A stretch of 64,000 nucleotides of DNA from Deltaproteobacteria bacterium (GTDB lineage Bacteria; UBA10199; JACPAL01; JACOUP01). The notes under the pieces are model-generated. The model saw nothing but the letters and a program-made list of their open reading frames with translations, had not been told where the DNA came from and ran no database searches. Below, piece after piece: positions 24,017-32,453 of the stretch. Numbering within the stretch: position 1 is the first letter of the stretch; each line of letters begins with the position of its first letter. The DNA is taken from contig JACOUP010000008.1 of the NCBI GenBank assembly GCA_016177765.1, forward strand, positions 1,025,165 through 1,089,164, given 5' to 3'. Position numbers and translations under genes: made by a program.

Positions 24017-26101
24017 TTATCGTTTTCTCATCCTGCGGACTAGGGCAAGGCCCATACCGATCAGGATCATCCCGAAGCCCTGCATTCCAGGAGCGGCACT
24101 CCCGCCGATCGTGCAACCACAACCGCTATCCGCGGTCAGGGCTGGCAGACCGTCGCAGACGTCGCCGATCCCGTTCCCGTTGGCATCCGCCTGATCCGGA
24201 TTGGCGATGTTGCAGTTATCCGGTCCCTCCGTGCAGAGTCCTTCAATCGGGTCAACGCCGTCGCAGATGCCGTCGCCGTCGATATCCCCTTCACAGGCAT
24301 CGCCCAACCCTTCAATCCCGCCGGTATCCTCCTGCCCCTCGTTCTTGACGATGCGGCAGTTGTCCGGTCCCGTTTTACAGACGTTCGGGATCTCGGCCCC
24401 GCCGTCGCAGACCGCATCCAGATCGCAGTCGGAATTCAGGGCGCAGAGTCTTGGGTACAACGGAGAGGTGCACTCTTCATAATCATCCAGTCCGTCGCCG
24501 TCGGTATCGACCTTGTTCTTGTCGGTCCCGCAGAGGTCTTCATCAAAGTCGGTCAGGCCGTCGTTATCCAGGTCGGAAAGAGAAGTCGCCTGCACGCAGG
24601 CATCGCCGACGCCGTTTCCGTCCGTATCGGTCTGGTCCGGGTTCGGGACGTTGATACAGTTGTCCTGCCCGTTGTTCAAGCCGTCACCATCCGAGTCACA
24701 GGTCTCATCGTTCGGGAGACAGGCTGGGGCCCCGTTGCCCCCTCCACCACCGCCCCCCCCGGTGACAGCGATCGCCACAGGGAATGACTGGATATGGGAG
24801 ACGCCGTTGTCATCCTTCGTTTCGCACTCAATCGCCTGGTCTCCACCCGGTGTTGGGGCAAAACTGGTTTCAAAGATAATCGAACAGGTATCATCAGCCT
24901 GATTGGGGCAGACCGCCTCAACCGCTGTTGCCGAGCCGCCGCTTACCTTGATGCTGGAGGCAAACTGGGCGGTATAGGTGGCGCTGACAGCAATCCCTGT
25001 CTCTGTCGTGGTCACCGTCGGGGCACTGGAGACACAGTTCGGCACGTTGCTGCCACCCGGGTTAGTCCCTGTCGGGCAACCAGGTCGTGCTGGATCCGGT
25101 GTTGCTCCGGCCGCTTCGGCGGGGCATTGGTCTTCACAGTTCTTGACGCCGTCCCCATCGGTATCCCCCTGGTCGGCATCATCGGCCGCACAGCCGGTCC
25201 CGGGGGCCGCTATCGGGCAACCGGTCGCCGGATCAATCCGTTCCGTCGGGTTGGAACCGGGGCACTGGTCTACAGAATCCTCAACCCCATCTCCATCCGC
25301 ATCCGCAACACCTTCTTGCATAATAACAACGGAGGGGTCTAAAAACATCTTGGCACTCGTATATGGATTTCTTAAGCTGTCTACCGCCTGGGGTGCACCA
25401 TCCACGCAAACGATATGGTCTTTGACCCCATCTCCCTCTGGGACAAGAATCGTGAGGTAGGCCAAAGTATGGTAGTTTGAAGCCTCCCCCCGGATGTCAA
25501 AGACGCAACCCTCTGGGTTGGCGGTCAGGTACTCCATGGCATCAATCGTTGTCTTGGAGAGGAAACCGGAGATTGTCAACCCCGCTTTGGCGGTCCGACG
25601 ACAGTCCGCTGAAACACAGATATCATCCCCGACATTCTCCCCACTAATCACAAACGGTTCCGTAACAGTGACGGTGATCTCCTCATCCGTACAGTTGGGT
25701 GGAGTCCCGCCGGCCAATTCATCACGGGTAACAGTGTTTGGCTTTGTATCAAAAAAGACAACCGGCTTGACCGTGGTCAAGTCGGTATCTCCCTCAAAAC
25801 AATAGGTCTGGTTGTTGAAGTAGCCGATCGCTGTGGCCAGGTGATCCCCGTCAATGGCGCAGACATCCCTGGGGCCGCCGTCTTCACCGTCTCTGAAGAT
25901 GTTGGTTGCCCCATCGGCGCATTCGCCCTCTTCCAAGAAGGAGCTTACCTTTCCGACCGAGCTGAACTTCCCAATAAAGGAGTAGAGGCGGTTGAGAGGG
26001 GCCTTGATGAGATTAAACTCGAAGGCGTTCGCCTCTGGTTGCCCGATTAGTCCCAGCAGGATTGCCGAGATCATAATGACGCTAGATCGTTTAAGCTTCA
26101 T
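24017..26101 (-). CDS. Secreted calcium-binding thrombospondin type 3 repeat protein with C-terminal GCGC/TM/basic sorting tail
   Basis: Signal peptide MKLKRSSVIMISAILLGLIGQPEANA; multiple DxDxDGxxDxxD motifs; Gly8 run; C-terminus ...SGCGCTIGG...LIGMGLALVRRMRKR. Confidence 0.75.
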   Translation of the reverse strand: MKLKRSSVIMISAILLGLIGQPEANAFEFNLIKAPLNRLYSFIGKFSSVGKVSSFLEEGECADGATNIFRDGEDGGPRDVCAIDGDHLATAIGYFNNQTYCFEGDTDLTTVKPVVFFDTKPNTVTRDELAGGTPPNCTDEEITVTVTEPFVISGENVGDDICVSADCRRTAKAGLTISGFLSKTTIDAMEYLTANPEGCVFDIRGEASNYHTLAYLTILVPEGDGVKDHIVCVDGAPQAVDSLRNPYTSAKMFLDPSVVIMQEGVADADGDGVEDSVDQCPGSNPTERIDPATGCPIAAPGTGCAADDADQGDTDGDGVKNCEDQCPAEAAGATPDPARPGCPTGTNPGGSNVPNCVSSAPTVTTTETGIAVSATYTAQFASSIKVSGGSATAVEAVCPNQADDTCSIIFETSFAPTPGGDQAIECETKDDNGVSHIQSFPVAIAVTGGGGGGGGNGAPACLPNDETCDSDGDGLNNGQDNCINVPNPDQTDTDGNGVGDACVQATSLSDLDNDGLTDFDEDLCGTDKNKVDTDGDGLDDYEECTSPLYPRLCALNSDCDLDAVCDGGAEIPNVCKTGPDNCRIVKNEGQEDTGGIEGLGDACEGDIDGDGICDGVDPIEGLCTEGPDNCNIANPDQADANGNGIGDVCDGLPALTADSGCGCTIGGSAAPGMQGFGMILIGMGLALVRRMRKR

Positions 26102-26350
26102 GGTAGACTCCTTTGACAATGAATAGTTCATTGCTCTAACAGGATTATCGGAAAGGGCAGGGGAAGGTTGCTAAAAAAATTAAAGGACGAAGGCCGGATC
26201 GGCAGGGTCCTCTCCAGGACCTATTTAAGATGTATATAAAGGAGGGGGGGACATTTCTCCTAAAAACTAAAATTATTAGCAACTATGGTCCGGGGGGAAC
26301 GATAATAGGCATGAAACGGTTAAGCGGTCTTACTCTATAAGGAGGCAGTT

Positions 26351-27124
26351 ATGGCTGGTCCACAAGAATTGACGGTATCAACCTCGATGGTTCATGGAAC
26401 CGGTATGACCGGCTTTAACGATAGCCATGTGATGGGGACAACCGACCTGCCTCTTCAGACCTTGGCCATCGATCTGAATGTTGGCGAAGGTCCCTTAGGA
26501 GAAAATACTTTTGCAGGTCTGGAGTTTGGTAGATTCGGTTTGGTTGGTGATGGAGGGTTTGGCCTTTTTGAGGCCCGTTTTGGTGGTCAGCAGGCCAGAC
26601 CCAAAGGATGGGGTGCCCGGTTTTTAGGGTTTTTTGAAACCGGTTTCCGATACTACCCTGATGATTTAATCAAAACGACAACGGTTCCAGGGAAGACAAC
26701 TGTGGCACCGGCGGCTGAGGGGACTGTTACTGATCCCCAGGATGCCTCTTATGACATGGGTGCCAGGACTCAATCGGGTGGACGGGTACCGGCGCCCGGG
26801 GGACGCCAGCCGGCAGGAGCCGGTGCGGGGACAGCCCCAGAAACCCGGACCTATTCTCAGGCAACGACGGCTAAGGACAGATCAACGACAACGACTGATA
26901 CCGCAAAACCATGGAATTTGGGGGTGGTCGGTGCGGTCGATCTAGGGTTTTTTGGTGATGTTGTGTCAATTACCGTGAGGCCTGAGGTGGGTGGTGGTAT
27001 CGCCGCTGGCGGGAGCACCGGGTTCGAATTGCAAGGACAGTACGGAGCGATGTTAGTCCTTGGGTTTAACCTTGATGGCGGCTCTTCAGGGGGGGCGACA
27101 GGAGGGGGCACGCCCGACCTCTAG
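26351..27124 (+). CDS. Hypothetical Gly/Thr-rich protein
   Basis: AGGAGG ribosome-binding site; no recognisable domain. Confidence 0.4.
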   Translation: MAGPQELTVSTSMVHGTGMTGFNDSHVMGTTDLPLQTLAIDLNVGEGPLGENTFAGLEFGRFGLVGDGGFGLFEARFGGQQARPKGWGARFLGFFETGFRYYPDDLIKTTTVPGKTTVAPAAEGTVTDPQDASYDMGARTQSGGRVPAPGGRQPAGAGAGTAPETRTYSQATTAKDRSTTTTDTAKPWNLGVVGAVDLGFFGDVVSITVRPEVGGGIAAGGSTGFELQGQYGAMLVLGFNLDGGSSGGATGGGTPDL

Positions 27125-27181
27125 TCCTGCTGGACCTCCTGCAGGTACATTTGAATAAGCTCGTTAAAGTAGTTTGATCAA

Positions 27182-27221
27182 GGGCGGTCCTCCTTCAGGT
27201 GGACCGCCCTTTTTGGTTTTT
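27182..27221 (+). terminator. Rho-independent terminator
   Basis: GGGCGGTCC-loop-GGACCGCCC followed by TTTTTGGTTTTT. Confidence 0.7.
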
Positions 27222-27315
27222 AATTCATCAGAATTACAGAAGGAAATCTCGTCTGCGTCAAGTAGAAGAGTTCAATCACCTTGCCTAGAAATCTCTAGTA
27301 AGCATACCTCATGAT

Positions 27316-27337
27316 TTTATGAGATAGATCTCATAAA
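27316..27337. promoter_or_regulatory. Perfect 10-bp-arm AT-rich palindrome TTTATGAGAT-ag-ATCTCATAAA (candidate operator)
   Basis: Read directly; sits in an AT-rich promoter region about 115 nt upstream of the first paralog gene. Confidence 0.45.
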
Positions 27338-27450
27338 TCAATTGAGGAAATGGATGAAAGTAGCCCCTTTTTGAAAATGCCGCAACTTCCCCCCAGTTTT
27401 ACCGATAATCCCAACAGGGGGTAACCCCCCTGAAACGAAAGGGCTTTTGT

Positions 27451-28515
27451 ATGGCGACAGCGGCAGAAATTACAGGGCGTTTAAGGGGGACGATGGCCGA
27501 TGGTTACTTGAGCCAACCCGAGTGGAGTAGCTTCAAGGAAGGGATCAAGACCTCTTGGTCGGATGGGGGTCGGGAAGGGCTCAATGATTTTATTGGGGAG
27601 GTTGCGGGACAACCACACTGGGTGGTGGATCCTGCCATTTTGGAAAAATGGAACAAGGGGACAGGTCAGGGGATTGATAGTGATCCTGTTCGGGTTATTC
27701 AGGGACGGCAAGAACAGGCCTTGAGGATTAAGGGATTGTTGGAAGAAAAAGTGGGCGACAAGGTTTTGAGTGAGGCCGATTGGGATGGTTTAAAGAGTCA
27801 GATCGGTTCTGTTTGGGACAAGGGGGGGTTGGCGGGGATTATTTTATTCTTGGCAGATAACGGGGATCGATGGACGATTGAAGGAAGCTTAAAGACAAGG
27901 ATTGAAGAGAAGCTGGTCAGTAAGGGGTTTGTTCAGGCCTCTTTGTTGGGTGGGATCAAGGTGCATGAGGAGGCGGCACCGCCAGCCGCTCCGGCGCCTC
28001 CTCCCGCTCCTGCTGATGGGGGATATGATTTTGAGGTGCTTGATCTGAGTGATGATAGGGCCCCGGCAGAACCGGCACCTCCGGCAACGTCGAGAATGCG
28101 AGGAGGGGATCCTGAACCTCCTCCAGCGCCTCCATCACCCGCCGCCGGACGACCCGTGAGAGGGACAACCGCTTGTAGTGAGGCCGTCAAAGGGCGGGTG
28201 AATGATGCCCTGTCCCCCTTGTTGGGGCCCCATGGGTCGCTGAAGGATATCAAAGCCAAGTCTCAATTCCAACTCCTCCATGGAAAGATAGATATCGAGT
28301 TTCATATCCCGGAGGCGGAATCCGATGGGACAATGTCTATTGAGGTCGATGTGTCTCAGTTAAAAGGACCACAGGATCACACTTCCTTTGGGGAAGCGGT
28401 TCTGGGAAAGCTACGGGCCACTGCCAAGTTGACCTCTGTGGGGACTCCAGCGGGGGAAGGAACCTGTTTCTACAAAGTTCCGGTACCGGTTGAAGGGAGT
28501 ACTTCAGGGTATTAA
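27451..28515 (+). CDS. Paralog A of a tandem 4-gene family: novel ~170-aa N-terminal domain, Pro/Ala linker, unique C-terminal domain
   Basis: AAAGGG ribosome-binding site. Conserved MADGYLSQ...WSDGG...WDKGGLAGIILFL N-domain shared with the three downstream genes. Confidence 0.7.
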   Translation: MATAAEITGRLRGTMADGYLSQPEWSSFKEGIKTSWSDGGREGLNDFIGEVAGQPHWVVDPAILEKWNKGTGQGIDSDPVRVIQGRQEQALRIKGLLEEKVGDKVLSEADWDGLKSQIGSVWDKGGLAGIILFLADNGDRWTIEGSLKTRIEEKLVSKGFVQASLLGGIKVHEEAAPPAAPAPPPAPADGGYDFEVLDLSDDRAPAEPAPPATSRMRGGDPEPPPAPPSPAAGRPVRGTTACSEAVKGRVNDALSPLLGPHGSLKDIKAKSQFQLLHGKIDIEFHIPEAESDGTMSIEVDVSQLKGPQDHTSFGEAVLGKLRATAKLTSVGTPAGEGTCFYKVPVPVEGSTSGY

Positions 28516-30687
28516 ATGATGACCTCCATTAATGAAAAACTGACACAGGCAATGGCGGATGGTTATCTGAGCCAATCCGAGTGGGATAGCTTCAAAGAAG
28601 AGATCAAGTCCTCTTGGTCGGATGGGGGTCAGGAAGGGCTCAATAGTTTTATCAGTGATGTTGCCGATCGTCCGAATTGGGTAGTCGATCCTGCCATTTT
28701 GGAGAAGTGGGGCAAGGGGACAGGTCAAGGGATTGAGGGGGGACCTGTTTCGGAGATCCAGAAACGGCAGGACCAGGCCGCCCGTGTCAAGGCCTTGCTG
28801 GAAGAGAAGGTCGGGGACAAGGTTCTGAGTGAGACCGATTGGGACAGTTTAAAGGGAGAGATCGGTTCTGTTTGGGACAAAGGGGGGTTGGCCGGGATTA
28901 TTTTATTCTTGGCAGGTGATCATGATAATCACTGGGAGATTGAGGGGAATTTAAAGACAAGGATTCAAGAGAAGTTAGTCAAGCCTGGGTTTGTGAGTAT
29001 CGCACTTTTGAGTGGGATCAGGGTGCATGAGGAACCGGCCGCTCCACCACCACCGCCTGAACCTGCGGCGGAACCGGCACCAGAACCGATTCTTCCGCCT
29101 GCCGCAGGAACAGCGAGGCCAGACAGTCTTACTATTGATGAAGAAACCGGTCCGGGGGCGGGATCGCCTCCACCACCGGCCGCGCCACCTGCTCCTCCCG
29201 AGGCGGCCGCTCCACCACCTACTCCTCCTCCCCCTGCAACGGCTGAACGGCCCCTCAAAGCGGGCGAGGCGAGGGTCAAATGGCAGATTACCGACGGGGA
29301 TGGACACCCCCTGGCAGGGGTGACAATCACGTTGGGGGGGGAGGCCTCCGATGTTGAAGGAATGCCCCCTTATTCTGACCTTGTCGATGGAAATCCTCTC
29401 ACAACGGATAAAGACGGTTTCGCCTCCATCGACCTCCCCACAGGGCTCTTAAAATACACGACAGGGAAAAAGGGTTATCAGACCTATACCGTTGACGATG
29501 GGGCAGATGTAGATTTGGCGCCGGGCAAGATCTATACCCGTAATGTCCGGATGCCGCCGGTTGCCCATGTCCCGATTGATTGGAGGGTGACCGACCTCTT
29601 GAGGGAGACCTACCTGGAGGGGGCGACGGTTACCGTGGAAGGGACCTCCAGCGGCGACGGGGAAAGTTATGGTCCTGTTGTCTATCATACGGGTAAAGAG
29701 GGTCGGCTTCAGCGTGAGGAGGGTGGCAGAACAATCGCTCCGGCAACTATCCCTACCGGGGATTGTCGGGTCAAGGTCCACAAAGAGGGGTATCGGTCCT
29801 TTCCCGACGCGAGGATCACTATTGAAGGGGACAAGGTTGTCCGGCAATTTGCCCTGGTGGAGGAGGGACTCCCGTTACCGTCTGAGCTTGACGGGCAGAA
29901 CGTCTTTCGGTTGATTCGGGATACGGAGCTCCTTGTCCCGACAAATCGTGGATTCATCGGGAAAAAAAAGGACGATGACAAACGGAAGGCAATTAAGGAT
30001 CTGGAGAAGACAAGTAGCCTCCTGGGGATCGCCTTTGAAAAAACAGAGGCCCTAAGGCATGGAACGGTTGCCGCCGATCTTCTCCGGCTTGCCGAAGAGG
30101 TGGATTCCCTCCTTGTGGATCTCTACGATTCGATCCTGGATGCCGACGCGATTGTCCAGTGTCACCGGAGGCGCCTGAATCGGGAGGAGACGTCGTCGGA
30201 GCTGCAATACCTCCTCGCCTCGGCGCTGGATGTCTTGGGGGGACAACAGATATCAAGGGCCTCTATATTCCAGAAGTATGCCGAGGCGGTCCTTTATTAC
30301 AAAAAGTTGGGAGAAAAGGACCCTCATTACGACGAGGCCCAAAAGGCGTTAGGAAAGTTGGGGTATGTTGCCTTTCTGCCGAAGGTGACCTCCCTCTTTA
30401 ATCAGATCAATGCTGGAACATGGTCATCCATAAGGGAGACACTGCAGAGACAAGGCGGCCCTCAACAGGTAGAGGTGGGCCTTCGTGTGGATGATGATGG
30501 TTTTGTGGACGAGGTTGAGACCGATCCGAGGGCCTACCCTTTGGAAGCATTCTTCAGGGGGCGGAATATCGGGGTCTTCAGAAACCCTGAGAATGGAGGA
30601 AGGAAGGAAGAATCCTACCCCCTCGCCTTTGATATTGATTTTTCTGGGGATACCCCGAGGCTGATCTTGCCGGATATAGGGCCTTAG
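28516..30687 (+). CDS. Paralog B: same N-domain, Pro/Ala linker, carboxypeptidase-regulatory-like beta domains and a TPR-like helical tail
   Basis: About 85% DNA identity to paralog A across the N-domain. G8 tract at 29334-29341. Confidence 0.7.
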   Translation: MMTSINEKLTQAMADGYLSQSEWDSFKEEIKSSWSDGGQEGLNSFISDVADRPNWVVDPAILEKWGKGTGQGIEGGPVSEIQKRQDQAARVKALLEEKVGDKVLSETDWDSLKGEIGSVWDKGGLAGIILFLAGDHDNHWEIEGNLKTRIQEKLVKPGFVSIALLSGIRVHEEPAAPPPPPEPAAEPAPEPILPPAAGTARPDSLTIDEETGPGAGSPPPPAAPPAPPEAAAPPPTPPPPATAERPLKAGEARVKWQITDGDGHPLAGVTITLGGEASDVEGMPPYSDLVDGNPLTTDKDGFASIDLPTGLLKYTTGKKGYQTYTVDDGADVDLAPGKIYTRNVRMPPVAHVPIDWRVTDLLRETYLEGATVTVEGTSSGDGESYGPVVYHTGKEGRLQREEGGRTIAPATIPTGDCRVKVHKEGYRSFPDARITIEGDKVVRQFALVEEGLPLPSELDGQNVFRLIRDTELLVPTNRGFIGKKKDDDKRKAIKDLEKTSSLLGIAFEKTEALRHGTVAADLLRLAEEVDSLLVDLYDSILDADAIVQCHRRRLNREETSSELQYLLASALDVLGGQQISRASIFQKYAEAVLYYKKLGEKDPHYDEAQKALGKLGYVAFLPKVTSLFNQINAGTWSSIRETLQRQGGPQQVEVGLRVDDDGFVDEVETDPRAYPLEAFFRGRNIGVFRNPENGGRKEESYPLAFDIDFSGDTPRLILPDIGP

Positions 30688-30740
30688 TCCCCCTCACCCC
30701 AACCCTCTCCCGCAAGGGGAGAGGGGGAATTTGTCAATTT
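30688..30740 (+). terminator. GC-rich hairpin terminator after paralog B
   Basis: CCCTCTCCC-gcaa-GGGGAGAGGG with outer arms TCCCCCTC / GAGGGGGA and a T-rich tail. Confidence 0.55.
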
Positions 30741-30783
30741 TCTTGATCTCAGCGGTCTGATCTTATAGGGATCATCGTTAGCG

Positions 30784-32253
30784 ATGGCCCCCTCCGGTGT
30801 TTCTGCCACTGTTTATGACAGTCTATTCGAGAAGATGTCAGACAATCATTTTACCTCGTCTGAGTGGGATGGTTTGAAGAATTCAATCAAGGATCACTGG
30901 TCGGATGGGGGTCAAGAAGGTCTGGATCATTTCATCAGGGAGGCGGCTTCTCGGGCCGGTTGGGTGGTTGACCTTCCGGTGGTGGAGAAATGGAGGGGGG
31001 CAATCGGTTACGGTCTCGACGAGAAGTCTGTTCATACGGTCTGGGTGAGGAGTCTGCTGGAAGAGAAGGTCGGGGACAAGGGTGATTCACCTAAGGTTTT
31101 GAGTGAGGTGGACTGGGATGACCTGAAAGATGAGATCAGTTCGGTCTGGGACAAGGGGGGGTTGGCGGGGATCCGGTTATTTCTCTCCGGGTGTGGGGGA
31201 CGATGGACGATCGAGGGGAGTCTCAAGACAAGGATCCAGACCAAACTGGTTGATACAAATTTTATTGAAGCCGCTTTATTGAGTGGGATTGCGGTCTATA
31301 CACCACCCCCTCCACCGGTTCCTGAACCTGGGCCGCCAGAACCCCCGGCGGTAAGGCCTCCGGCACCACCCCTGCCCCCTGCTGGTCGCTTGGCCCCAGT
31401 CCTGCCCGGTGGGCCGTTGCCACGCAAACCGGTAGTCCGGTTATCCCTCCATCTGGTGGATAAATCCAACAAACCGATTTCAGGGGCGGAGGTCACCTTT
31501 GGCGGGACGGCGACGGATGGGACGGCGTATTCCCTCCTGGGGAAGGTCACGACGGACAGAAACGGACGCTTGAAGCGGGCCGAATTTCATCCCGGGAAGG
31601 TCACTCTGCATATTTCCAAAGAGGGGTACCAGCCGGTCGATCAGGAATTGGAGATTAGGCCGAAGATGACTCCGGAGATGACGATTGATCTCCAGAGACT
31701 GATCGACCTGGAGGGAGAGGCCCTTTTTGCCGAGGTGAAAGAGATCCTGGCCCAAGGGAAGAGGTCAGAGAGGGGTCCGCCGGCCGTTGTTGAGGAGGCG
31801 ATGGTGGCGTTGCGGGAAGGGGAGGAGAGGCTCAAGGCCTTTCTGGCAAAGGTGGCTCACCCAAAGACCGATTCGAGGCAGGATCGATCCCTCCGTGAAG
31901 AAGGGGAAGAACTCTTGAAACGTCTCCTTTTTGGTCTCGCCCAGCTCTATGAAAAGCAGGAAAAATACGACGAGGCGATCGCTATCTACCGGCAACGGTC
32001 AAAAGAGGGTTTCTTCCGTTATCTGATCGCGGGGGACCTTGAGGCCAAGGGGGATTTGGTTAAGGGGGACAAGCCGGCCGCTGTTGCCTCCCGTCGAAAG
32101 GCCTACACAGAGGCAATTGCCGAGTACCGGGCCTACGTCGACTGGCATGACCGGCAGGGGGCGAGACTGGAAGGGATCTCCGTGAGGGAGGAGGCGGAAG
32201 AGGCGATAGCCCGGCTCCAGAAGGCCCTTGCGGCAAAGAGGCCCAACGAATAA
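30784..32253 (+). CDS. Paralog C: same N-domain (with a 15-nt palindromic-element insertion), Pro-rich linker, carboxypeptidase-regulatory-like domain and TPR-like tail
   Basis: MSDNHFTSSEW... N-domain; GDSPK insertion at 31078-31092 relative to A, B and D. Confidence 0.7.
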   Translation: MAPSGVSATVYDSLFEKMSDNHFTSSEWDGLKNSIKDHWSDGGQEGLDHFIREAASRAGWVVDLPVVEKWRGAIGYGLDEKSVHTVWVRSLLEEKVGDKGDSPKVLSEVDWDDLKDEISSVWDKGGLAGIRLFLSGCGGRWTIEGSLKTRIQTKLVDTNFIEAALLSGIAVYTPPPPPVPEPGPPEPPAVRPPAPPLPPAGRLAPVLPGGPLPRKPVVRLSLHLVDKSNKPISGAEVTFGGTATDGTAYSLLGKVTTDRNGRLKRAEFHPGKVTLHISKEGYQPVDQELEIRPKMTPEMTIDLQRLIDLEGEALFAEVKEILAQGKRSERGPPAVVEEAMVALREGEERLKAFLAKVAHPKTDSRQDRSLREEGEELLKRLLFGLAQLYEKQEKYDEAIAIYRQRSKEGFFRYLIAGDLEAKGDLVKGDKPAAVASRRKAYTEAIAEYRAYVDWHDRQGARLEGISVREEAEEAIARLQKALAAKRPNE

Positions 32254-32453
32254 ATTCGTGGGCTAATTTAAAACAATTCCTCTGGAATTCCGGAAGGAAT
32301 TGTCATTGGATTAGCCGCCGAATTTATTCGGTCGGCCAATGGGAGTGGACACCCTGAGCTTGTCGAAGGGTCATTTTGAGTTTGTCAACAGACTGCTAGT
32401 CATTTCAGGCACAACTCCCCAGTTTTTCAGTCGATAATACTGATGAGGTTCTT

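Noticed and set aside
24500-25700. Apparent internal DNA repeats in the TSP3 gene that could be mistaken for a repeat array or CRISPR
   Set aside because: They are coding repeats of the Asp-rich Ca-binding motif, with no uniform spacer and repeat periodicity.
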